A DNA stretch of 46,114 bases from Candidatus Sulfurovum profundilacunae. GTDB taxonomy: Bacteria > Campylobacterota > Campylobacteria > Campylobacterales > Sulfurovaceae. How positions within the stretch are numbered: position 1 is the stretch's first letter; each line of letters begins with the position of its first letter. A program made the translations under genes and the position numbers. Location of the stretch: NCBI GenBank assembly GCA_047689495.1, contig JBEWPY010000001.1, positions 1 to 46,114 on the forward strand, in the 5' to 3' direction. A model generated the notes under the pieces. That model saw only the letters and a list, made by a program, of their open reading frames with translations, did not search any database and was not told the origin of the DNA. Below are positions 38,719 to 46,114 of the stretch, piece after piece.

Positions 38719-40326
38719 CTATATTTCACACTTTAGTGCTTTATCCACCAAAAGTTTTGCAGTTAACTCATTTTGATTTATAAAACTTTTGATCGGCAGA
38801 TCTGAAAGCTCTTCAATATGTCTGCGGTCAGAAACTTTGAGAATGATATCTATATTGATATCAATATTGTGGATCGTTTCGCATATCAATCTTATCTTCT
38901 CATCATTATCAATGGCAATAATCACGGCAATCGCATTTTTAATATCCAGGGCATTAAGAAGCGTTTTGGACGCTGCATTACCGAAAAAAACACTGTCGCC
39001 TCTCTCTTGCCCCTGCTCTACCAGGCTTCGATCATGCTCGATAGCAGCATAGGTAATTCCCTGCGCTTTAAGCTCTTCCACCGTACGCTGTCCAAGCTGT
39101 GAATATCCGCAAACAACGATATGATGGGTGATACACGATGAACAGATGGGCTCCCGCATCGCCTCAGTCGGTTTTTGGTAAAAGAAGTTTATAAAAGCAC
39201 GCACATGCTTCACTGCCAAAGAGGTAAAAATCAAAGAGACTACGACGACAGAGATAAGTATCTGCAACACTTCATCGTCTACCAGCTGATAGGATTTTGC
39301 CAAAGCAAATACTGCAAAGGAGAACTCCCCTACCTGTGCCAGAGCCAAGGAAGTCTTCAGCGCCCTTTTTGGGAACGAAAAGAGTATAGTGATCCCAAAA
39401 ATGATCACCGCTTTTATCAGCAGAATTGCTATGGTCAATGCAGCGATCGTAAAGAAGTGTGCAGTAACGACATCTAGATTGATCTGAAGCCCGACCGTAA
39501 TAAAGAAAAGCCCCAGCAACATGTCCCGAAAAGGAACAAGGTCTGCTTCGATCTGATATTTAAACTTACTCTCAGCAATCAACATCCCTGCGATGAAAGC
39601 ACCTAGAGAATAGGAAAAACCGAAGAGGTGTGCCAACAGTGAAGCAGAAAGCACGATCAGCATGATCGCAAGGATAAAGAGCTCCTCGTGCTTGCTATCC
39701 ACCACATATCCAAGGAATTTGCTTGTAGCATATTTACCCAATACAAAAAGTATAAAGATTACGGCAACCCCTGAGAGTACTGTCTCTATCATAATATCAA
39801 TTAAAGAGGAGGTAGGTTCAGCCAGAAATGAAACCATCAGAAGAATCGGGATCACGGCAAGATCCTGAAAAAGCAGGATACCCAATGCATATCTTCCGTA
39901 AGGCCGATGAATATCCCCGTTTTTGTTGAGTGTCGTAAGTACGATAGCGGTAGAGGAGAGCGAGAGTGCCATACCTGCCACTAAAGCACTTTTTAATGAC
40001 ATATCAAACAGTGCGGCACTAAGATAGGTAAAGAAAGAAGCAGTGATCACCACCTGAAGTGTTCCGAAAATAAACACTTCTTTTTTCATACGTTTCATAT
40101 GGGGCAGTGAAAACTCCAACCCTATAGTAAACATCAAAAAGACGATTCCAAACTCGGCAAGCTCAGCCAGGACATCCTCATCGATGCGTGCATAGTCAAA
40201 AAAGGTTGCGATGATAAATCCGGTCAGGATATACCCTACGATTGTAGAGATATCAAAACGCTTCAGCAGAAGGTTGACTCCAAGTGAAACCCCTACGGTT
40301 AATACGATCAATGCCAATATATTCAT
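38719..40326 (-). CDS. CPA2 cation:proton antiporter, KefB/KefC-like with TrkA-N domain
   Basis: 'AEFGIVFLMFTIGLE', 'LSSTAIV', 'GILLFQD', 'LAQVGEFSF', 'IVVCGY'. Confidence 0.92.
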   Translation of the reverse strand: MNILALIVLTVGVSLGVNLLLKRFDISTIVGYILTGFIIATFFDYARIDEDVLAELAEFGIVFLMFTIGLEFSLPHMKRMKKEVFIFGTLQVVITASFFTYLSAALFDMSLKSALVAGMALSLSSTAIVLTTLNKNGDIHRPYGRYALGILLFQDLAVIPILLMVSFLAEPTSSLIDIMIETVLSGVAVIFILFVLGKYATSKFLGYVVDSKHEELFILAIMLIVLSASLLAHLFGFSYSLGAFIAGMLIAESKFKYQIEADLVPFRDMLLGLFFITVGLQINLDVVTAHFFTIAALTIAILLIKAVIIFGITILFSFPKRALKTSLALAQVGEFSFAVFALAKSYQLVDDEVLQILISVVVVSLIFTSLAVKHVRAFINFFYQKPTEAMREPICSSCITHHIVVCGYSQLGQRTVEELKAQGITYAAIEHDRSLVEQGQERGDSVFFGNAASKTLLNALDIKNAIAVIIAIDNDEKIRLICETIHNIDINIDIILKVSDRRHIEELSDLPIKSFINQNELTAKLLVDKALKCEI

Positions 40327-40341
40327 CTATCGCCTTTTTGC

Positions 40342-41031
40342 TTACTGAGAAGAACGGGAAGAAGTCATTCCGACATTCAACCAACTTTGAAGTCCGCCCC
40401 TATACCATTTCATCTTCTCAGGAGGAAACCCTATATCAAGCAGTGCTTCGATCATTTGAGGGGACTGTCTGCACCAGACACCGTTACAGAAAAAAAGTAT
40501 TGTTTTTGCTTGAGAGAAATCATACCCCTCTTCCGTCTGTTGCACACCAAACAGTTTCAGTGCTTCCTGTTTCTTCTTTTCCCACTTTCCGCGCTCTGTA
40601 AAGTAAATAAACGGGATATTGACCGCACTTGGAATACTGAGCGCTTGATACCATCCTTTGCGCCTGCTGTCTACAAAGAGCATACTTGCATCGTCTTGCA
40701 TCTCTTCAAGAAAATCCAATACTTCAAGTTCTCCATACGTATCGATCTTCTCATGCATTTTCATAGGAGAAAGTTTCCCTGCAGCAGTGATAAAGGTCTT
40801 TTTACAAAATTCCGGCACTTCTGCCTGCGCGTAGTTTTCACTCCAGAACGTAGGGCCGTCAAATGGAATTTCGCGACAACGAAGGTCAGAGTCTCTTGCA
40901 ATCCTTACTTTCTTGGGTGAACCGTCCTTTGCCTGATAGGTTACTTCTATACTGTCTGCATGAAGCATCTTTATTTCATCAGTATATCCAAAAAGCGATA
41001 GTAAGACTACTATCCATAACAACTTAAACAT
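40342..41031 (-). CDS. Exported rhodanese-like domain protein
   Basis: Signal peptide, 'VDSR', 'SIPSAVNIP', active loop 'FCNGVWCRQS', 'WYRGGLQSW'. Confidence 0.88.
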   Translation of the reverse strand: MFKLLWIVVLLSLFGYTDEIKMLHADSIEVTYQAKDGSPKKVRIARDSDLRCREIPFDGPTFWSENYAQAEVPEFCKKTFITAAGKLSPMKMHEKIDTYGELEVLDFLEEMQDDASMLFVDSRRKGWYQALSIPSAVNIPFIYFTERGKWEKKKQEALKLFGVQQTEEGYDFSQAKTILFFCNGVWCRQSPQMIEALLDIGFPPEKMKWYRGGLQSWLNVGMTSSRSSQ

Positions 41032-41046
41032 ATACTTCCTTTTCTT

Positions 41047-44000
41047 TTAATTCTCTACGGCCAAAAACTCTTCTCGATATACACCTAACGCTTTGGCTTC
41101 CTCCAAAATAAGCTCACTTACTCTGATCTTACTTTCAATGACCACATCAGCAAGTTTAGACTTGATATGAAGCTCCAAAGGACGTTTACCGGGATACTTT
41201 TCAGCCAGGCACATCAGCTCTTCAGCGATCTTCGGATCAGGCATCAGATTCAGTGAAAGGATCAGCGGCGGCTGTTCGGGTTCTTCCACATGTCTTTCTT
41301 CTTTTTTTACCTTAACCTTCTCTTTTTTGGCATCTTTAAGCGACTCGATCTTAAGGATACTCATGCGCGTAAAATCACCGTCTTTGGAGATCTTGATCTT
41401 AAAAGCGATCGGTTTGGTGATATCAAAATCCTCTTCAAGCTCTTTCAGCCTGTTCTCAAAGAGCATCAGCTCAATATTCCCGTGCAGGTCCATGACATTG
41501 GCGATACCGAATTTATTACCCTTTTTGCTGATCTTCTCTGTGATCTCTTCTATCTTCCCGATCAAAAGTGCCTGTGAGCCGTCCGCAAGGTCATCAATCT
41601 CGGAACTCAGTGTATAGTTGATACTATCGAGTGTTTCTCTGAACTTGTCCAGGGGGTGTCCGGAAACATAAAAACCTAAAGACTCTTTCTCCATCTCAAG
41701 GATCTCCAGCGGTTCAAATTCAGGCATATCACTCAGTGTCAAGCTCACGGCAGTCATCTCTTCACCGCCGCCAAAGAGCGAATTCTCCGCCATTTTTTTG
41801 GCATCTGCCGATTTCTTCGCCGCCTCTATGATATCTTCAACCTGGGAAAGCATCGCATGGCGAGAGTAGCCAAACCCGTCCAATGCTCCGGCTTTGATCA
41901 GTGATTCGATCACTTTTTTATTGACCTTGCTGGAATCTATCCTTGAAACAAAGTCGCTCAAATCTTTGAATTCGCCCTCTTTACGCGCTTCCAGGATAGA
42001 TTTGATCGCGATATCTCCTGCACCTTTGATCGCTCCCATACCGAACATGACTACTTCTCTGCCCTCAAGCTCTTTTGCTTCAAATACAAGTCCGGAAATA
42101 TTAACATCAGGCGGAAGCAGATCGATATCCATACGCTTAAGCTCATCGACATATTTGACCACTTTATCCGTGTTATTCTTTTCTAGTGTCAGAATCGCAG
42201 CCATAAACTCAGTAGGATAATAGTGTTTCAAAAATGAAGTATAGAAAGTGATCAGCGCGTAAGCGGCAGAGTGTGATTTATTGAACCCGTATCCGGCAAA
42301 CTTCACGATCAGGTCGAAAAGTTCTTCCGCTTTAGCCCGGTTGAATCCTTTTTGCTCTGCACCATCCGCAAACTGCTCTTTGAGTTTGTCCATCTCCTCT
42401 TTGATCTTCTTACCCATTGCACGACGTACCAGGTCTGCACCGCCCAGACTGAATCCACCGATCGTCTGTACGATCTGCATCACCTGTTCCTGGTAAACGA
42501 TGACCCCATAGGTCGGTTTGAGGATCGGTTCAAGTTCGGGGAACATATAGGTGATCTCTGCCCTGCCATGCTTACGTTCAACAAAGTCATCAAGCATCCC
42601 AGACTCCATCGGTCCCGGACGGTAGAGTGCCAGCATCGCGATCACATCCTCAAAGCCTGACGGTTTTAACTTCTTCGCCAGGTCCTGCATCCCTGCCGAT
42701 TCGATCTGGAAGAGGCCCAATGTCTCACCGGTGGCGATATAGTCATAGACACCCCTGTCATTGATATCTTCTTCGATAAATTCAATACGCTTCCCGTAAC
42801 GTTTCTCTACCAGTTTATTGGCCTCTTCAACCACGGTCAATGTCTTAAGCCCGAGGAAGTCGAACTTGATCAGATCCACATCCTCGACATACTTGCCGCT
42901 ATACTGTGTTGCCAAAGTATCAAGCCCTGACGGCTTAAAGAGCGGTGTCTTCTTCCAAAGCGGTTCATTGGAGATCACTACTCCGGCGGCGTGGGTACCG
43001 GCATTACGGTTCAGCCCCTCCAGGGCAAGGGCGTACTCCCAGGTACGTGCGGCAAGAGGATCATTCTCCAACAACTCTTTGATCTTCGGCTCTTTCTCAT
43101 ACGAACTTTTCAGGTCGATTCCCAGCTCATCGGGGATCAGCTTTGCCATCGCATCAGCTTTGGCATAAGGCATATCCAGTACCCTTGCTACGTCACGAAT
43201 CACCCCTTTGGCAAGCAGTTTACCAAAGGTAATGATCTGTGCAACATTCACGCGCCCGTATTTCTCGATCACATAATCAAGTATCTCCTGGCGGCGTGCC
43301 TGACAGAAATCCATATCGATATCCGGCATCGAGACACGTTCGGGGTTCAGGAATCTCTCAAAGAGCAAACCGTACGGCATCGGGTCGATATCGGTAATGC
43401 GGAGGGCATACGCTACCAGAGATCCCGCCGCAGACCCACGTCCCGGGCCGACAGGAATCCCCATCTCTTTGGCCGCATCCACAAACTCCCATACGATCAG
43501 CATATAACCGGGGAATTTCATACTGGTGATAATATCGATCTCTGTCTGCAGCCTGTCACGGTACTCCTGGTGCTTTGATGGGTCCACGATCTTCAGACGC
43601 TCTTCCAGACCGCGCCTCGACTCTTCGATAAAGAGGGCGGTATCGTTCGCCAGTGAATATTCTTCATCAGGCTCAGGCAGTTCAAGTCCTATCAAGGCAG
43701 CCTTCTCACGGGCAAACTTGAAGTTCGGCGGTGTCGGGTTCCCCAGCTTGATCTCCAGGTTGCATTTCTCTGCGATCTCCTGTGTATGCTCCAGTGCTTC
43801 AGGAATATCGGCAAAGAGTGCTGCCATCTCTTCCGGTGATTTGACATAGAACTCATGGACCGAGTGGCGCATACGGTTGGGGTCGTCATAGAGTTTGTTC
43901 ATCGCGATACACATAAACGCCTCATGCGCATCGGCATCTTCGGGGTTGGTATAGTGGGTATCATTGGTAGCAACCAGCTTAATTCCCGTTTCCTGTGAAA

Positions 44001-44616
44001 GCTGTATGATCTGATTGTCGATGTTGTACTGGTCACCGATACCGTGACGCATGATCTCCAGATAGAAATCATCTCCGAATACCTCTTTGTACTTCAGTGC
44101 GACACGTTTTGCTTCGTCATACCCTTTGGCGCCGAACTTTACATTACGTTCGGAGAGATTGAGGTTCCAGTTGACCTCACCCTGCAGACATGCACTTGTA
44201 CAGACAAGTCCTTCGGCATTCTCTTTAAGCAGCTTCCAGTTAATACGCGGGTAGTAGTAAAAACCGTTAAGGTAAGCCTGGGAACTCAAGTACATCAGGT
44301 TTCTATACCCTGTTTCATTTTTGACATAAAGGCAGAGGTGAAAACGCTGACGGATACTCTTGTCTCCGATATCGGGCTGGTTATGGACATAGGCTTCCAT
44401 TCCTATGATCGGTTTGATTCCCTCTTTTTTCATCGTATTGTAGAAGTCTATGGTACCGAACATATTGCCGTGGTCGGTCATTGCTACAGAGTCCATCCCC
44501 AGCGCTTTGACCCTTTGTGCCAGCGCTTTGATCTTGTTGGCACCATCAAGGAGTGAATACTCGGTATGCAGGTGCAGATGGGTATATTTTGGTATATTTT
44601 TCGGCTCTTCTGACAT
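41047..44616 (-). CDS. dnaE: DNA polymerase III alpha subunit
   Basis: PHP 'HLHLHTEYSLLDG', 'GPGRGSAAGS', 'MPDIDMDF', 'KFDFLGL', 'FAGYGFNKSHS'. Confidence 0.98.
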   Translation of the reverse strand: MSEEPKNIPKYTHLHLHTEYSLLDGANKIKALAQRVKALGMDSVAMTDHGNMFGTIDFYNTMKKEGIKPIIGMEAYVHNQPDIGDKSIRQRFHLCLYVKNETGYRNLMYLSSQAYLNGFYYYPRINWKLLKENAEGLVCTSACLQGEVNWNLNLSERNVKFGAKGYDEAKRVALKYKEVFGDDFYLEIMRHGIGDQYNIDNQIIQLSQETGIKLVATNDTHYTNPEDADAHEAFMCIAMNKLYDDPNRMRHSVHEFYVKSPEEMAALFADIPEALEHTQEIAEKCNLEIKLGNPTPPNFKFAREKAALIGLELPEPDEEYSLANDTALFIEESRRGLEERLKIVDPSKHQEYRDRLQTEIDIITSMKFPGYMLIVWEFVDAAKEMGIPVGPGRGSAAGSLVAYALRITDIDPMPYGLLFERFLNPERVSMPDIDMDFCQARRQEILDYVIEKYGRVNVAQIITFGKLLAKGVIRDVARVLDMPYAKADAMAKLIPDELGIDLKSSYEKEPKIKELLENDPLAARTWEYALALEGLNRNAGTHAAGVVISNEPLWKKTPLFKPSGLDTLATQYSGKYVEDVDLIKFDFLGLKTLTVVEEANKLVEKRYGKRIEFIEEDINDRGVYDYIATGETLGLFQIESAGMQDLAKKLKPSGFEDVIAMLALYRPGPMESGMLDDFVERKHGRAEITYMFPELEPILKPTYGVIVYQEQVMQIVQTIGGFSLGGADLVRRAMGKKIKEEMDKLKEQFADGAEQKGFNRAKAEELFDLIVKFAGYGFNKSHSAAYALITFYTSFLKHYYPTEFMAAILTLEKNNTDKVVKYVDELKRMDIDLLPPDVNISGLVFEAKELEGREVVMFGMGAIKGAGDIAIKSILEARKEGEFKDLSDFVSRIDSSKVNKKVIESLIKAGALDGFGYSRHAMLSQVEDIIEAAKKSADAKKMAENSLFGGGEEMTAVSLTLSDMPEFEPLEILEMEKESLGFYVSGHPLDKFRETLDSINYTLSSEIDDLADGSQALLIGKIEEITEKISKKGNKFGIANVMDLHGNIELMLFENRLKELEEDFDITKPIAFKIKISKDGDFTRMSILKIESLKDAKKEKVKVKKEERHVEEPEQPPLILSLNLMPDPKIAEELMCLAEKYPGKRPLELHIKSKLADVVIESKIRVSELILEEAKALGVYREEFLAVEN

Positions 44617-44678
44617 GATTGACCTTTCTGTTTCTTGGATGGTATTTTAGGTAAATCTCCTTTAAATCCCGCTCTCTG

Positions 44679-45233
44679 CTAACAATAATCCAGTAGCATC
44701 CCCTCTTTCACTGGATGCATTGCTTCAGCCCCTCCTAACCTCTCAAGGATCGCAAGTCCGAAACATACTGCCGTTCCGGGCCCCTGAGAGGTCATCACGT
44801 TACCGTCGGTAACCACCTTGCTGTCTTCTCTGTATCCCGGATGGCTGATCTCATCCTTTGCACCAGGATAACAGGTATAGTCATTACCCAGTACCCCGGC
44901 TTTTTTAAGTACATACGGTGCGGCACACATCGCTCCGACCGTTTTGTTTGCTTTAAATTCCTGAAGCAAAGAGACTACCTTTGCATCCTCTGCAAGCGCA
45001 TAGGTACCGTCCCATCCGCCAGGGAGCACCATCATGTCAAAATCCTCCGCACTGACATCAGCTATTGGAATCTCTGCCATCACCGTAATACCGTTTGCTC
45101 CGGACACTGCAGCATCCTTCCCGATATAAGCCACTGTCACTTCGATACCTCCACGACGCATCACATCGATCAATGCAACCGCTTCAAGCTCCTCAAAGCC
45201 TTTTGCCAGGGGTAATAATACTTTTGCCATCAT
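44679..45233 (-). CDS. DJ-1/YajL/PfpI family protein
   Basis: 'GFEELEAV', 'LPGG', nucleophile 'AMCAAP', 'TSQGPGTA'. Confidence 0.93.
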   Translation of the reverse strand: MMAKVLLPLAKGFEELEAVALIDVMRRGGIEVTVAYIGKDAAVSGANGITVMAEIPIADVSAEDFDMMVLPGGWDGTYALAEDAKVVSLLQEFKANKTVGAMCAAPYVLKKAGVLGNDYTCYPGAKDEISHPGYREDSKVVTDGNVMTSQGPGTAVCFGLAILERLGGAEAMHPVKEGMLLDYC

Positions 45234-45417
45234 CTTCTCCTTTCTATTTCATAGTCATATTAAAGATTATAACGATATAAAATCAATAAATGCTAAATAA
45301 AAAAACATAAAGTATCACTGTATTTAAAGAAGTGCATAGGTTTTAAAAGTGTTGCCTGCCATCCAGCGCAAAAAGATTTGGGCAGGATAATTTCGGGAGA
45401 GACCCGACTAAAAAAGA

Positions 45418-45984
45418 TTATTTTGCTTTCTCCAGGTATTTTCCCTCAACCGTATCTACCTTGATCATCTCACCCTCAAGGATATGGAACGGTACCTGTA
45501 CTACTGCTCCGCTCTCCAGAGTAGCCGGTTTCTTGCCGCCCTGCGAATCACCTTTGAAGTTCGGCGGTGTCTCAACGATCTTAAGTACAACTGTCTGCGG
45601 GATCTCTACCGAGATCGCTTTGCCGTTATGGAAGAGCACTTCTGCTTCCATCCCGTCTATCATGAAATCAAACGTCTCTTTACCCACCTGTTCATGTGTC
45701 AGGCCGATCTGATCAAAGGTCTCGGTATCCATGAACTGAAGAAATTCGCCATCATCATAAAGATACTGCATTGTTTTCTGCTCGAGCTCCGGTACCTCGA
45801 ACTTATCCCCTGCATGAACCGTCTTCTCGATCACTTTGCCTGTTTGAAGGTTTTTGATCTTCACTCTTACGAAAGCTGCACCTTTGCCCGGTTTTACATG
45901 TTGAAACTCTGTCACTTTATAGGGGTTTCCGTCTATCTCAAGTCTTTTACCCTTTTTCATATCACCCATACCGATTGTAGCCAT
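45418..45984 (-). CDS. efp: Elongation factor P
   Basis: '[12 protein letters not shown]', 'QYLYDDG', '[14 protein letters not shown]'. Confidence 0.97.
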   Translation of the reverse strand: MATIGMGDMKKGKRLEIDGNPYKVTEFQHVKPGKGAAFVRVKIKNLQTGKVIEKTVHAGDKFEVPELEQKTMQYLYDDGEFLQFMDTETFDQIGLTHEQVGKETFDFMIDGMEAEVLFHNGKAISVEIPQTVVLKIVETPPNFKGDSQGGKKPATLESGAVVQVPFHILEGEMIKVDTVEGKYLEKAK

Positions 45985-46114
45985 ACTAGCTCCTCAAAAT
46001 AGTTTTATTGGGCAAATTATATCGAATGGTTGGTTAATAAAAAGGAAGGGGGTTCCCACTGTTAGAAAAGTCCACCAACATGGTATCCACCAAAAGTATG
46101 AGAAGATACTCAAG

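Noticed and set aside
41047-44616. Intein or split in dnaE
   Set aside because: Length (1189 aa) and continuous motifs are normal; no intein boundary motifs seen.
46030-46114. Possible RNA element or terminator upstream of efp (TCCACCAA twice)
   Set aside because: Cut by the window edge; too little sequence to support a call.

Overview
Core-chromosome segment of a Campylobacterota bacterium, probably Sulfurovum-like. This is inferred from gene order (rny-ygfA-tlpA-ftsY-radA; icd-mdh-sucCD-oorDABC), an HsrA/CosR-type regulator and a monomeric IDH. It carries about 38 CDS, mostly on the minus strand: housekeeping genes (argB, lpxK, cmoB, rny, ftsY, radA, acpS, argD, dnaE, efp), a TCA/rTCA cluster (icd, two tandem mdh, fumC, sucCD, oorDABC) and the RNase P RNA gene rnpB. 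The most interesting signals are: (1) a TonB-dependent receptor with a near-perfect ModE-type operator (candidate Mo/W-regulated outer-membrane uptake), broken by a 1-nt homopolymer frameshift; (2) a modular ~80-bp structured repeat family starting at the stop codons of two different genes; (3) a ~100-nt heptamer-repeat expansion in helix P12 of rnpB; (4) a nested TA-flanked MITE-like palindrome between icd and mdh; (5) tandem MDH paralogues with apparently different NAD/NADP fingerprints; (6) a translationally coupled adaptor/Mo-enzyme/argD/TolC/methyltransferase run interrupted by a Fic gene; (7) a CCP/MauG-like peroxidase coupled to a PAS sensor that is abruptly truncated. No CRISPR array, rRNA, tRNA or transposase was seen. 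All calls were made by eye without database searches.
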